Positions 1 to 10,685 of a stretch of 64,000 nucleotides of DNA are shown one piece after another. The DNA is from an uncultured delta proteobacterium (lineage in GTDB: Bacteria; Myxococcota_A; Polyangia; Polyangiales; B10-G4): the NCBI GenBank assembly GCA_963727445.1, contig CAVSGI010000015.1, positions 352,001 through 416,000 on the forward strand, given 5' to 3'. Position 1 is the first letter of the stretch. The number at the start of each line of letters is the position of its first letter. The notes below the pieces were generated by a model that was given only the letters and a program-made list of their open reading frames with translations, searched no databases and was not told the DNA's origin. Made by a program: the position numbers and the translations under genes.

Positions 1-484
1 GATCTCGACCGACGCCATCCCGGAGCCTTCGACGATTCGGGTGACGCTCCACACCCAGGAGGGTCCCATCGTCGTGGCCCTCGACGCCGCCTCGGCGCCC
101 ACCACCGTCGGCCGCTTCGTCGCCCTCGCGCAGGATGGTTTCTACGATGGGCTGAGCTTTCACCGGGTCGTTCCCGCCTTCGTCGTCCAAGGAGGCGACC
201 CCCGCGGGGACGGCTATGGCGGTCCCGGTTTCAGCCAGCGATGCGAGGACAACCGGCGGAGATACGAGCGTGGCACCATCGGCATGGCCCTCTCTGGACG
301 CGACACGGGAGGGAGTCAGTTCTTCATCACCCATGGTCCTCAGCCCCATCTCGAGGGGCGCTACACGGCCTTTGGCCGCGTCGAGGATGGGATGGACGTC
401 GTCGATCGTCTCCTCGTGGGAGCGCGCATCGAGCGCATCGAGGCGCCGGTTTCACGTGAAACGGACGAGCCGACTCCGAACTGA
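1..484 (+). CDS. Cyclophilin-type peptidyl-prolyl cis-trans isomerase (5' truncated; probably the C-terminal domain of a longer protein)
   Basis: FYDGLSFHRVVPAFVVQGGDP, GTIGMA and GGSQFFIT cyclophilin motifs; frame open to the window edge. Confidence 0.9.
   Translation, partial: ISTDAIPEPSTIRVTLHTQEGPIVVALDAASAPTTVGRFVALAQDGFYDGLSFHRVVPAFVVQGGDPRGDGYGGPGFSQRCEDNRRRYERGTIGMALSGRDTGGSQFFITHGPQPHLEGRYTAFGRVEDGMDVVDRLLVGARIERIEAPVSRETDEPTPN
449..462. promoter_or_regulatory. parS centromere-like site
   Basis: Perfect 14-bp palindrome GTTTCACGTGAAAC, the core of consensus TGTTTCACGTGAAACA; lies in the CDS tail and reads VSRET. Confidence 0.7.
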
Positions 485-487
485 GCG

Positions 488-1429
488 TCAGAGCTTCAGC
501 TTGTTGCGGATGTCGCCGTCGTAGAGCGCGTCGAGCTCGTCGAGGCTCTTCTCCACCGTCTCGTTTCCCGCCGGCGGGAGTTGGGGCTGGAGATGTACAT
601 AGAGGTCTCCTCGCTTACCGCTCCGCTCGACGCCTTTGCCGCGGAGCCGGAGCGTCGCGCCCGGCTGGCTCCCTGCCGGGACGGTCAGCGAGACCTCACC
701 ATCGAGGACGGGGACGCGGATCTTGGCGCCTCGGTAGGCCTCTCCGAGGGTGATGGGCACGTCGAGGTGGAGGTCGTCCTCCTCCCGGCGGAGGATGGGG
801 TGGGGCGCGACCTCGAGGGTCAGGAGCAGGTCTCCCGCTGGGCCGTTGTTGGGGCTGGGACTGCCCTGCCCCTTGAGGCGCAGCACATCCCCGTTTCGGG
901 CGCCCTTCGGGAAGCGCACCTTGATGTGCTTGCCGCTCCCGAAGCTCAGCTCGCGCTCGCCACCGTGGAGGGCTTCGAGGAAGCCGAGGCGAAGGGTCGC
1001 GGTGATGTTGTGGCCACGTCGCGGGCCCCGCTGCCGAGGCGCGCTGAACCCGTCCATGTTGCCGTTGAAGAGGTCCTCGATGTTGAACGAGAAGCCCCCC
1101 TGGCCGCCCCGTCCACCGCCCCGCAAGACGTCGTCGAAGCCTCCGAAGCCTCCGCCTCCTCGCTGCTGCCAGCTCTGGTACTGGCGGTACTGCTCCGGGT
1201 CGAAACCCTCCTTGAGGCCGATCTCTCCGAACTCGTCGTAGAGCTTTCGCTTCTTGTCGTCGTTCAGGATTTCGTAGGCGTAGCTGACCTGCTTGAACCG
1301 GTCTTCGGCGGCTTCGTTGTCGGGGTTGCGGTCCGGGTGCAGCTCGCGCGCGAGGCTCCGGTAGGCCTTCTTGATCTCGTCGTGAGAGGCGGTTCGGGAC
1401 ACGCCCAGGGTGTCGTAGAGATCCTCCAT
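488..1429 (-). CDS. DnaJ class II / CbpA-like co-chaperone
   Basis: J domain with HPD motif, G/F-rich region and DnaJ C-terminal domain, no Zn finger; ATG at 1429. Confidence 0.9.
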   Translation of the reverse strand: MEDLYDTLGVSRTASHDEIKKAYRSLARELHPDRNPDNEAAEDRFKQVSYAYEILNDDKKRKLYDEFGEIGLKEGFDPEQYRQYQSWQQRGGGGFGGFDDVLRGGGRGGQGGFSFNIEDLFNGNMDGFSAPRQRGPRRGHNITATLRLGFLEALHGGERELSFGSGKHIKVRFPKGARNGDVLRLKGQGSPSPNNGPAGDLLLTLEVAPHPILRREEDDLHLDVPITLGEAYRGAKIRVPVLDGEVSLTVPAGSQPGATLRLRGKGVERSGKRGDLYVHLQPQLPPAGNETVEKSLDELDALYDGDIRNKLKL

Positions 1430-1575
1430 CGACCCATAGAAGTAAGTCCTAGGCGTGGCCCTGTCCAACTCGCGACTCGACGACCTGGGCGTCCAGAGAG
1501 ACGGCTCACGCCCTCGTGGACACCACCGGGCCTTCAGCGATTGCCGGCGGGCGAGTCTGGTGATACGCGGCCACG

Positions 1576-2373
1576 ATGGCCTTGGTGGATGTTTCGTCGG
1601 TCCCGACCCACGTCGCGATCATCATGGATGGCAACGGGCGGTGGGCTCAGCAGATCGGGCGACCGCGACCCTTCGGTCATCGCGAAGGAAGCGAAGCCGT
1701 TCGCCGGACCGTCCGCGCCGCCCGCCGCCTCGGCATCAAGGGGCTGACCCTCTACGCCTTCAGCGAGCAGAACTGGGAGCGGCCGCGGCCCGAGGTGCGC
1801 GCGCTCATGTCCCTGCTCCGCGAGTTCCTGATCACCGAGCGGAGCGAGATCATGGACAACGAGATCCGTCTCCGCACCATCGGCCGCATGGACCGTCTCC
1901 CCAACGACGTTCGCGAGGTGCTCGAGCCGCTGATCGAAGAGAGCGCTCACCACCGCGGGATGAGCCTGACCCTCGCGCTGTCCTATGGTGGGCGCGAGGA
2001 GATCGTGGACACGGCGCGCGCCCTCGCCGAGCAGGTGAGCCGTGGGGAGATCGATCCTGGGGACATCGACCTCGCCGCTTTCGACACCGCGCTGCCGTCC
2101 GCGATGAACGGTCCGGTGGATTTGCTGATCCGCACCGGCGGCGAGATGCGGACCTCGAACTTCCTGCCCTGGGGCGCGGCCTACGCCGAGCTCTACTTCA
2201 GCGATGAGCTCTGGCCGGACTTCGGTGAAGAGCAGCTGTATGAGGCCGTCGCGGAGTATCAAAAACGACACCGCCGCTTCGGACGTGTCGAGTCCCTCGC
2301 GGTCGAGCCGGCGATCGCTCCCGTGTCGGCGGCCGCGACCAGCGACGACGTGTCGAAAAACGTCGCGGGCTGA
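1576..2373 (+). CDS. uppS: Undecaprenyl diphosphate synthase (cis-prenyltransferase)
   Basis: [24 protein letters not shown] and [16 protein letters not shown] motifs; precedes cdsA. Confidence 0.95.
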   Translation: MALVDVSSVPTHVAIIMDGNGRWAQQIGRPRPFGHREGSEAVRRTVRAARRLGIKGLTLYAFSEQNWERPRPEVRALMSLLREFLITERSEIMDNEIRLRTIGRMDRLPNDVREVLEPLIEESAHHRGMSLTLALSYGGREEIVDTARALAEQVSRGEIDPGDIDLAAFDTALPSAMNGPVDLLIRTGGEMRTSNFLPWGAAYAELYFSDELWPDFGEEQLYEAVAEYQKRHRRFGRVESLAVEPAIAPVSAAATSDDVSKNVAG

Positions 2374-2421
2374 AGGGCTCCTCGGCCCGCCGACTTCAAA
2401 CCTGGTATAGGGCCCGACGAC

Positions 2422-3279
2422 ATGGCCGAGCCGACACCCGACCAAGGAGCCGGCGCCACGAAGAACAAGGGGATGTCGAACCTCGTCGTTCGTCTCCTCA
2501 CCGCCGTCGTCGTGGTTCCGATCCTGCTCTACGCGCTCTTCGGTGCGCCGTGGCAGCTCTTCTTCGGCATCGTCGTGCTCGCCTCGATCATCAGCGCGGT
2601 CGAGATGGCGACGATGATGCTCCCCGGCCAGCGTCTGCTGATGGGGTGGGCCGTCGTCGCCAGCCTCGGCGTCTTTGCGGCCTTCTACTTTCAACCATCG
2701 GCGCTCGCGATCATGACCGGGGTGCTCGGCGCGCTGGTCCTCGGCTTCCTCGGTGGCTTGATGGTCCCGGACCCGATCCCGTCGGCGTCCAACCGGATGG
2801 GCTTTCTGGTGGTGACCCCTCTGTACGCCGGCGGCCTGCTGTCGACGATCGCGCTCTTGCACCGGCTCGATCACGGTGGCGCCTGGGTCGTCTTGTCGAT
2901 GATGCTCGCCTGGTTCGGCGACACGGGCGGCTACTTCGCCGGTCGCGCCTTCGGCAAGCACAAGCTCTACCCGAAGGTCTCGCCGAAGAAGACGATCGAA
3001 GGCGCCATCGGCGGCGGCCTCGCCAGCATCGGCGGGGCGTTGCTCGCGCACTTCTGGTACCTGCCGGCGCTGCCACTGGTCGACGGGATCCTGTTGGCCA
3101 TCGGCGCCAGCATCCTCGGCCAGTCGGGGGACCTGATGATCTCTCTCATCAAGCGGAGCGCCGACGTCAAGGACAGCGGCTTCATCGTACCCGGGCACGG
3201 AGGTCTGCTGGACCGCATCGACGCGCTCACGATGACCGGCTTCAGCACGTGGCTCTACACGGCCTGGTTCCTTCACTAG
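2422..3279 (+). CDS. cdsA: Phosphatidate cytidylyltransferase
   Basis: SPKKTIEG and KDSGFIVPGHGGLLDRID motifs; multiple TM helices. Confidence 0.95.
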   Translation: MAEPTPDQGAGATKNKGMSNLVVRLLTAVVVVPILLYALFGAPWQLFFGIVVLASIISAVEMATMMLPGQRLLMGWAVVASLGVFAAFYFQPSALAIMTGVLGALVLGFLGGLMVPDPIPSASNRMGFLVVTPLYAGGLLSTIALLHRLDHGGAWVVLSMMLAWFGDTGGYFAGRAFGKHKLYPKVSPKKTIEGAIGGGLASIGGALLAHFWYLPALPLVDGILLAIGASILGQSGDLMISLIKRSADVKDSGFIVPGHGGLLDRIDALTMTGFSTWLYTAWFLH

Positions 3280-3443
3280 GCAGGCGCTGGCGCCGCGCAC
3301 CGCCGTTCCTATCTGACTCCCGACGCACGACGTCCAGGAGACGATGGATGCGCTGCGTCAACGGCAGGACCGTGAGAGAACCCCCGCTCACACGTGTCAG
3401 CAGAATTGACCAACCGCCCCCGGGGTAGGGACACTTCGCGTAG

Positions 3444-4727
3444 ATGACAGACGCAAACGACGAGCGGGTCCGGGAGTATCGTTTCTTCGATGTGGTCAGC
3501 GGCTATCTCGACGAAGCCGCACGGATCGTGAACCTGCCGGCACACGTCGAGCAGATCCTCTCGCAGCCGAAGAACGAGCTCATCGTCAACTTCCCAGTGC
3601 TGATGGATGACGGCACGCACAAGCTCTTCAAGGGCTACCGCATTCAGCACAACAACATGCTCGGACCCTACAAGGGCGGCATGCGCTATCACGCGACCGT
3701 CAGCCTCGACGACCTCAAGGCGCTCGGTTCGATGATGACGTGGAAGTCGGCGCTGATGGAGATCCCCTTCGGTGGTGCGAAGGGCGGGGTGAAGATGAAC
3801 CCCTACAAGCACTCCAAAGCGGAGCTGCGTCGCCTGACCCGTCGCTTCACCCACGCGCTCGGCGCGAACATCGGCCCCGAGTACGACATCCCCGCGCCCG
3901 ACGTCGGCACCAATGGTCAGACGATGGTGTGGATGATGGACACGTACATGAACACCGTCGGCCACGTGGAGAAGAACGCGCAGCGTCGTGTGGTCACGGG
4001 CAAGACCCTCAACAGCGGCGGCTCCCATGGACGCGAAAAGGCGACGTCCCAGGGCGTCGTTCACTGCCTGGTCGAGTGGGCCAAGGAGAACCGCTTCGAC
4101 CTCGAGGGCAAGACCGCCATCATCCAGGGCTTCGGGAACGTCGGCAGCAACGCGGCCGTCATCCTGAACAAGCTCGGCGTCTCCACCGTCGCGGTCGGTG
4201 ACCACAGCGGCTACATGCGCAACGACGAGGGCTTCTTCCCGCACAAGCTCGCCGAGCACGTGAAGAAGAACGGCTCCATCGCGGACTATCCTCACGGCGA
4301 AAAGATCAGCCGCGAGGAGTTCTTCGAGACGCCTGCCGACATCTTCATCCCGGCAGCCCTCGAGAACCAGGTGGGCGCATCGGAGGCGCAGGGGCTCAAG
4401 GTGCGGGTCATCGCCGAGGGCGCCAACGGCCCGGTGAACCCGGAGGGCGAGGGCGTGCTGCGCGAGCGCGGCATCCCGATCATCCCCGACGTCCTCGCCA
4501 ACTCCGGCGGCGTGACCGTCAGCTACTACGAGTGGTGCCAGAACAAGCGCAGCGAGCGCTGGGACCTCGCCGAGGTCGACGCCAAGCTCCACAAAGCGAT
4601 GACCGCCGCCTATCACCGCGTCTTCTATTACGCGCGGGAGAACGACCTGGAGCCGCGCCTCGCCGCGTACTGCCTGGCGCTGCAGAATCTGGCCGGCGCC
4701 TACGAAGAGCGCGGCATCTTCCCGTGA
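3444..4727 (+). CDS. gdhA: Glutamate dehydrogenase (Glu/Leu/Phe/Val family)
   Basis: GPYKGGMRY, GGAKGG, DIPAPDVGT, GFGNVG and EGANGP motifs. Confidence 0.92.
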   Translation: MTDANDERVREYRFFDVVSGYLDEAARIVNLPAHVEQILSQPKNELIVNFPVLMDDGTHKLFKGYRIQHNNMLGPYKGGMRYHATVSLDDLKALGSMMTWKSALMEIPFGGAKGGVKMNPYKHSKAELRRLTRRFTHALGANIGPEYDIPAPDVGTNGQTMVWMMDTYMNTVGHVEKNAQRRVVTGKTLNSGGSHGREKATSQGVVHCLVEWAKENRFDLEGKTAIIQGFGNVGSNAAVILNKLGVSTVAVGDHSGYMRNDEGFFPHKLAEHVKKNGSIADYPHGEKISREEFFETPADIFIPAALENQVGASEAQGLKVRVIAEGANGPVNPEGEGVLRERGIPIIPDVLANSGGVTVSYYEWCQNKRSERWDLAEVDAKLHKAMTAAYHRVFYYARENDLEPRLAAYCLALQNLAGAYEERGIFP

Positions 4728-4734
4728 CGACGGC

Positions 4735-5490
4735 GTGGCCCTGACGCTTCGCGACTGGCTCCACGAGGGCCCTTACGCACTCGCGCTCTCTTCCGGCTTC
4801 TTCGGCTTCTTCGCCCACACCGGGATGCTCACGAGCCTGCTCGAGGAGGCTCAGGCGCCCAACCACACGAGCGGCGCGAGCGCCGGCGCGCTGGTCGCCG
4901 CGGCCCACGCCGGGGGCGTTTCCCCCGAGGCTCTGGTGGAAGAGCTCGTGGGCCTGAGGCGCGAGGACTTCTGGGACCCGGGGCCCGGGCCGGGGCTGCT
5001 TCGCGGGCGGCTCTTCCGCCAGCACCTCGAGCGCCTGCTGCCGCGGCGCTTCGCCGAGTGCGAGACGCCGGTCGCGGTGTCGGCTCACGACGTGCTCCGG
5101 CGGCGGCCGGTGGCGCTCGCCGAAGGGGACCTGCCCGCCGCCGTCCACGCCTCCTGCGCCGTGCCCTTCATGTTCCATCCGGTTCGCATCGACGCGCGGA
5201 TCTTCATCGACGGCGGCGTCAGCGATCGACCGGGGATGGTCGCCATGCCGTCGGGCCGGGTGCTCTTCCACCACCTCGCTTCGCGCTCCCCCTGGAGGCG
5301 TCGCGGCTCGCCCGCGCTCTCGCTGCCGCGTCGCGCACAGATGGTCTCGCTGATCGTGGAGGGGCTCCCGAGGGCTCACCCCTTCGCCCTCGACTCGGGC
5401 CGCGCCGCTCTCGACCTCTGCCGCCGCGCCACCCGGCGCGCCCTCGACCAGCCGATCGAAGCGGGCGGCGTCGTGAGGGTGCATGCTTGA
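4735..5490 (+). CDS. Patatin-like phospholipase
   Basis: GASAG nucleophile motif, ASCAVP and DGG motif. Confidence 0.85.
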   Translation: MALTLRDWLHEGPYALALSSGFFGFFAHTGMLTSLLEEAQAPNHTSGASAGALVAAAHAGGVSPEALVEELVGLRREDFWDPGPGPGLLRGRLFRQHLERLLPRRFAECETPVAVSAHDVLRRRPVALAEGDLPAAVHASCAVPFMFHPVRIDARIFIDGGVSDRPGMVAMPSGRVLFHHLASRSPWRRRGSPALSLPRRAQMVSLIVEGLPRAHPFALDSGRAALDLCRRATRRALDQPIEAGGVVRVHA

Positions 5491-5525
5491 CAACACCCTC
5501 TGCCTCGTCGCCATGATTCGCCGCG

Positions 5526-6758
5526 ATGCGTGAAGCCGTTCTCTCTGGGGAGATCACGGATGAGGGGGTCATCATGCTCCTCGCCGAGATCGAGGAGCGC
5601 CGAACGAGCGGTGTCCTGCATTTCGAGGCGGGAGACGTCAGCGGCGACATCGAGCTCGTCGCCGGCCAGCTGGCCCTCGAGCAGCCGTCGATGGACGACG
5701 GGCGTGACCCGGTCGAGGTGCTCCTCTCGCTCAGGGAGGGATCCTACGAGCTCTTTCAGCGCCTCCCAGCCCTGGCCGTCTCGAAGGGCGACGAGCAGGC
5801 GCGTGAGGGGAGCCTCGACGTCCACGTCCCGGCCGACCTCATGAACTACTGCGAGACGGCGGGGCTCACGGGCAAGCTCCGCCTCGAGCAGGACGGCAAG
5901 AGCGCCGAGGCGATCTACGACCGAGGTGAGCTCAAGGCCATCCGCGTCGACGGCACCGCGGATGACGACCTGCACGAGGTCTTCGGCTGGAGCGAGGGGC
6001 ACTTCGAGATCACCGCCTTCACCATCGCGCCGAAGCTCGACGTCGACGAGCTCGAAGAGGTGCAGGAGCAGCAGGAGGAGGAAGAGGAGGATCCGCTCGA
6101 GCGCGAGCCGACCATCCGCTTCACCCGTCGCCGCAAGCAGGATACGAGCGAGATCTTCCTCCGTTCTGTGGAGGTCGCGCTCACCGACATCCTCACCGAG
6201 CGCGAGAAGCGGCGCGGTCCCGACAAGCGCACCAGCCCGCCCGCGGCGATGCGCAAGGTGCGGGAGAGCTCGATCCCGGGCGTGGAGAAGGTGGTCCGGA
6301 TCCACGCGACGAAGAAGCGCAAGCGCCAGCCGACGGTCCGGATCGTCTACGCCAGCAATCGCGAACCCGGCGAGGCACTGGGCACGACGCGCCACGTGGC
6401 CAAGGGAGGAAGCGAGAGCAGCGTCGACGTCGTCCTGCCGGAGGCGTCGCCAGACAGGGTACCCGCCGTCGAAGCGGCGAAGCGAAAGGGATCAGAGACG
6501 GCCAAGAAGAAGAAAAAGAAGGGTGGGGGCGGTCCGAAGAAGAAGGTGCGGAAGAAGAAGGAGAGCGCTCAGGAGATGAAGGTCATGACCGACGACACCG
6601 AGAAGGTGCGTCGTGAAAGGAGTGACCCGCCGGAAAAGGAGCGCGCCCCCCGCCCCAGCGCCAAGAGGACGCTCGAGACCCTCGGGTGGGTCGCGGCGGT
6701 CTTCCTGCTCCTGGTGATCAGCCTCTTCATTCTGGCCCGGCTTCCGCCGCTGGGCTGA
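5526..6758 (+). CDS. DUF4388/PatA-N-like domain protein with C-terminal TM anchor
   Basis: Two 'SGVLHFE'/'TGKLRLE...WSEGHF' modules, acidic and Lys-rich linkers, terminal hydrophobic helix. Confidence 0.6.
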   Translation: MREAVLSGEITDEGVIMLLAEIEERRTSGVLHFEAGDVSGDIELVAGQLALEQPSMDDGRDPVEVLLSLREGSYELFQRLPALAVSKGDEQAREGSLDVHVPADLMNYCETAGLTGKLRLEQDGKSAEAIYDRGELKAIRVDGTADDDLHEVFGWSEGHFEITAFTIAPKLDVDELEEVQEQQEEEEEDPLEREPTIRFTRRRKQDTSEIFLRSVEVALTDILTEREKRRGPDKRTSPPAAMRKVRESSIPGVEKVVRIHATKKRKRQPTVRIVYASNREPGEALGTTRHVAKGGSESSVDVVLPEASPDRVPAVEAAKRKGSETAKKKKKKGGGGPKKKVRKKKESAQEMKVMTDDTEKVRRERSDPPEKERAPRPSAKRTLETLGWVAAVFLLLVISLFILARLPPLG

Positions 6759-6802
6759 GAAACTCGACCTCCCTCGCGCCACGCCCTGCTAGGGTTCGCC
6801 CC

Positions 6803-8536
6803 GTGCAGGCGCGGGTAGCCCATCTCGCGCTCTTCCTGGGGGCGCTGGCACTGCCATGGGTCGCGGCTGCGCAAGACGGTGGCGCGCCGGCGGCGCCCGA
6901 TGCGGGCGTGGCTTCGGACGAGCAGACCCCGGGCGAGGGCGACGGGCCGGCCGATGGGGGCAGCGGAGAGCCAGGCGACGCGGAGCGCTCGCGGGAGTAC
7001 GTGCCCGTCTGGGACCGCGCGCCCGAAGGCCAAGGCGAAGCTGAGGAGCCGACCACCGGCGGGCACGACGACGACGATGCAGACGATGCGCAGTCGGAGG
7101 GTGCGGCCGAGGAGTCCGCCATCGCCGGCGAGGAGGCCCTCGAGAGCCTGCCGACGATCCGTTACGAGCTCGAGCGCATCGAGATCCGCGGCAACGACAA
7201 GACCGCCGACTTCGTCGTGCTGCGCTATGTGCCCTTCGCCCCCGGCGACGAGCTCGACGTCGACGACCCCCGCATCGAGGCGCTCCGCTATCGGCTCCTC
7301 GGAACCGGCTACTTCGACACCGTCGACCTCTCCCTGACCCGCGGGTCGCGGCGAGGCCGGGTCGTGCTGGTGATCACCGTCACCGAGCGGAACACGATCC
7401 TCGTCGAGAAGCTCCAGCTCGGCATCTCCCGCGGCGTCGAGAACACCAGCGACGTCAACCCCGAGCTCCTCCCCTACCTCGGCCTCACCCTGGCCGAGAC
7501 CAACCTCCTCGGGACGGGCATCTCTCTGTCCTTGAGCGGTCTGGTCTCGGAGCGCCAGCAGGGCGTTCGACTCCGCTTCAACGATCCCACCTTCCTCGGC
7601 TCGCGCTTCAGCCTCGGTCTCGCCGGCCTCTTCAACAACGCCCGCGAATTCTTCGGCAACGAGGACGTGCGGGTCGTTCCGCGCTGTCCGGCGCCGCCCA
7701 CCCCCATGAGCGAATGCCCAGTGGCGCACGCCGTCGTGTTCTACCGGCGTTACGGGGTCTCCCTCGGCTCGGGCTACGACGTCGGCAGCGGGCTCTACAT
7801 CACGCTCGATTGGCAGCCGGAGATCGTCGACGTCCTGAGCCGACCCGACGCCGCGAGCAGCGCCCGCGGCACCACCACGGAGCCCATCGACTTCTCGATC
7901 CGCGATGGGACCAGCTTCCTCTCCACGCTCCGCCTCGGCATCCACTACGACAATCGCGACGACCCCGCGATGCCGAACCGCGGCTCGCTGGTGCACCTGC
8001 AGATGGACGGCTCGAGCCCGATCCTCGGCAGCGACTACAACTTCCTGAAGGTCTATGGCCTGGTCCGTCACTACATCCCGATGCCCTGGGGACATGGGCA
8101 CACGCTGCGTCTCGGCCTCTTCGGCGGGGTGCTCTTCGGCGACGCGCCCTTCTTCTTCAAGTTCTATCTCGCGGACCTCACGGACCTGATCCCCTCGCGC
8201 ATCCTCGAGATGAACGTCGACGATCGCGGGCCCCCGAACCTCCTCGGCACCTCGATCGCCCAGATGCGCGGGCAGGAGCTCGCCGGGCGCGTGGACTTCG
8301 AATACAGCCTGCCGATCTATCAGGGCCACGGGGGCCTTCGCGGGATCTACGGCTACTTCGGGGGCGGTCTCTACACACTGGCCGACCGCCGTGACCTCGC
8401 CCTGGGCATCCCGGGTTACGAGGGCGCGCAGAAGATCCCCATCGACCTCACCTTCGACTTCGGCTTCCGCATCGACACCTCGGTGGGGATGTTCCAGGTC
8501 GGCTTCTCCTCGCTGCTGGGGTTCTTGGAGCTCTGA
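6803..8536 (+). CDS. Omp85 (BamA/TamA family) outer-membrane protein with one POTRA domain
   Basis: Signal peptide, 'IEIRGNDKT' POTRA, 'ETNLLGTG' and 'YDNRDDPAMPNRG' beta-barrel motifs; GTG start inferred. Confidence 0.8.
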   Translation: MQARVAHLALFLGALALPWVAAAQDGGAPAAPDAGVASDEQTPGEGDGPADGGSGEPGDAERSREYVPVWDRAPEGQGEAEEPTTGGHDDDDADDAQSEGAAEESAIAGEEALESLPTIRYELERIEIRGNDKTADFVVLRYVPFAPGDELDVDDPRIEALRYRLLGTGYFDTVDLSLTRGSRRGRVVLVITVTERNTILVEKLQLGISRGVENTSDVNPELLPYLGLTLAETNLLGTGISLSLSGLVSERQQGVRLRFNDPTFLGSRFSLGLAGLFNNAREFFGNEDVRVVPRCPAPPTPMSECPVAHAVVFYRRYGVSLGSGYDVGSGLYITLDWQPEIVDVLSRPDAASSARGTTTEPIDFSIRDGTSFLSTLRLGIHYDNRDDPAMPNRGSLVHLQMDGSSPILGSDYNFLKVYGLVRHYIPMPWGHGHTLRLGLFGGVLFGDAPFFFKFYLADLTDLIPSRILEMNVDDRGPPNLLGTSIAQMRGQELAGRVDFEYSLPIYQGHGGLRGIYGYFGGGLYTLADRRDLALGIPGYEGAQKIPIDLTFDFGFRIDTSVGMFQVGFSSLLGFLEL

Positions 8537-9183
8537 TGCGGCGCGGGCTCTTCATTCTCGGGCTGTCCGTCGCCTCGCTCCTCGCGGGCGCGCCGCCCGC
8601 GTCGGCACAGGAGGAGGTCCCGTCGCGCCGCCTCGGCGTCTCCTGGGATGAGGGCGCCCCCCGCCTCACCTTCAACGCGCGCGACCTCGTGAACCGAGAG
8701 ACGCAGGACAAGCTCGAGAGCGGCCTGCCTCAGACCGTCGCCATGCGCATCTATGCCTATCGCGACGGGGACTCGGACCCGCTCGCGATCACCGTGCGCA
8801 CCTGCCGCGTGGTCTACGACCTTTGGGAAGAGGTCTATCGCGTGCAGGTCCAGACCGCGCGCCGGGATCGCACCTACACCGAGCGGAACATCGACGGGGT
8901 CCTCGAGCGCTGCGTGGTGGTGAGGCGCGGGCGTGTCGGCCGCGCCGCCGACTACCGACGGGTCCACGGGCGGCGCGTCTACTTCGCCGCGCTCTTCGAG
9001 CTCAACCCCATCTCGACCGACGACGTCGAGCGGATCCGGCGGTGGCTCGCACGGCCGAGCGGCGGGCGCGTCGAGAGCGAGGCCTTCTTCGGCTCCTTCG
9101 TGAGCCTCTTCGTGAACCGGCGGATCGGCGACGCCGAGCGCATCCGGCGCTTCCGCTCGCAGACTGTGCGGGTGCCGCGATGA
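8536..9183 (+). CDS. DUF4390-like exported protein
   Basis: Signal peptide, 'VVYDLWEEVYRV' motif, position upstream of an NtrY-like kinase. Confidence 0.6.
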   Translation: MRRGLFILGLSVASLLAGAPPASAQEEVPSRRLGVSWDEGAPRLTFNARDLVNRETQDKLESGLPQTVAMRIYAYRDGDSDPLAITVRTCRVVYDLWEEVYRVQVQTARRDRTYTERNIDGVLERCVVVRRGRVGRAADYRRVHGRRVYFAALFELNPISTDDVERIRRWLARPSGGRVESEAFFGSFVSLFVNRRIGDAERIRRFRSQTVRVPR

Positions 9184-10685
9184 GGATGACCCGCTTCGAG
9201 CGGAAGATCATCGCCGCCATCCTGGCGGTGGCGCTCCTGCCCTTCTTCGGCACCATCGCCCTCGGCTATGTGGGCTTCCGCGAGGCCTATCAGGTCGGCG
9301 TGAACCCGCGGGTCGAGGCCCAGCTCGAGAGCGCGCTGTCCATCTACCGCGCCCACTTCGTGGCCCTCCGCGAGGGCGCCGAGCGTACGGCGGACGCGAT
9401 CGCCTACGACCGTCGCCTCTCGGAGGCCCTGGCGACGGGGGACCGCGACGAGCTCCGGGCGTGGGTGGGCGGCGAGCTCGAACGCTACGACGACGTCGCC
9501 CGGATCGAGATCCGCGGCGCGGACGAGGTGCTCGCCAGTGAAGCGAAGGACGCGCTCCTCGACGAAGAGCGCTACCGGCACCTCTCGCTCACGCGGGACA
9601 TCGAGCCCGCGCCGGGACCTGCGCCCCTGATCGTGGACGTGACCGTGGCGACCGAGGCCGAGCCCTTCATCGAGTACCAGCGGGCGGGCGAGGTGGCGGA
9701 GGTCTACTCCCGGCTCGAGGAGGGGAGCGCGGAGGTGTCGCTCTTCTATCTCGCCGTCTACGTCGGATTCCTTCTGAGCGTGATGGTGGTGGCGGTGGCG
9801 GTGGGGGTGGTCGCCTCGCGGCGGGTCACCGGGCGCGTCGCGGATCTCGCGGCGGCCACCGAGCGGGTCGGCGCCGGCGATCTCGACGTGGTGGTGCCGA
9901 CCGATGTGAACGACGAGGTCGGCGAGCTCACGCGCGCCTTCAACGAGATGGTCCGTGATCTGCGCGAGTCACGGGACCGCATCGAGTACCTGCAGCGGAT
10001 CGGTGCGTGGCAGGACTTCGCCCGGCGCCTCGCGCACGAGATCAAGAACCCGCTCACGCCGATTCAGCTCGCGGCCCAGGAGGTGGCGCGGGCCTATCGG
10101 GGTGACGACCCGGCCTACGGGGCGAAGGTGGAGGAGGCCCGCTCCATCATCGAAGAGGAGGTGGCGACACTGCGGCGCCTGGTGGGGGAGTTCAGCGAGT
10201 TCGCGAAGCTGCCCCGCGCGGAGCTCTCCGAGGCGGACCTGGGTGATTTCCTCACGGATACGGAGCGGTCGCTGCCCGCCGCGCTCGCCGCGCCAGAGGG
10301 GGTGGAGGTGCGCTTCGAGGAGGTGGCGGAGCCGCTGTCGGTGCGGGTCGATGCCATGATGCTCAAGCGCTGCGTGGACAATCTGGTGCTGAACGCGGTG
10401 GAGGCGCTCGCGGAGGAGGGACAGGGCGGGGAGGTCGTGGTGCGCGGGCTCAGAGATGGGTCGAGGGCGGTGATCGAGGTCGCCGACGACGGCCCGGGGA
10501 TCGACGGAGACCCTGCGCGGATCTTCGACCCCTACTACACGACGAAGTCCGAGGGCACGGGGCTCGGGCTCGCGATCGTGAAGAAGGTCGTCCTCGAGCA
10601 CGGCGGCGCGATCGGGGTGACGAGGAACGAGGGGGGTGGATCGGTCTTCCGCATCTCCCTTCCCCTCACGGAGAAGGGGTCTTGA
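9180..10685 (+). CDS. HAMP-domain sensor histidine kinase (NtrY-like)
   Basis: Two TM, HAMP, 'AWQDFARRLAHEIKNPLTPIQL' H-box, N/G1/F/G2 boxes; ATGA overlap with the upstream gene. Confidence 0.92.
   Translation: MRMTRFERKIIAAILAVALLPFFGTIALGYVGFREAYQVGVNPRVEAQLESALSIYRAHFVALREGAERTADAIAYDRRLSEALATGDRDELRAWVGGELERYDDVARIEIRGADEVLASEAKDALLDEERYRHLSLTRDIEPAPGPAPLIVDVTVATEAEPFIEYQRAGEVAEVYSRLEEGSAEVSLFYLAVYVGFLLSVMVVAVAVGVVASRRVTGRVADLAAATERVGAGDLDVVVPTDVNDEVGELTRAFNEMVRDLRESRDRIEYLQRIGAWQDFARRLAHEIKNPLTPIQLAAQEVARAYRGDDPAYGAKVEEARSIIEEEVATLRRLVGEFSEFAKLPRAELSEADLGDFLTDTERSLPAALAAPEGVEVRFEEVAEPLSVRVDAMMLKRCVDNLVLNAVEALAEEGQGGEVVVRGLRDGSRAVIEVADDGPGIDGDPARIFDPYYTTKSEGTGLGLAIVKKVVLEHGGAIGVTRNEGGGSVFRISLPLTEKGS

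Noticed and set aside
4682..4690. GCAGAATC in gdhA as a fourth motif-linked indel
   Set aside because: The frame is intact and ends in a normal GDH C-terminus (YEERGIFP).
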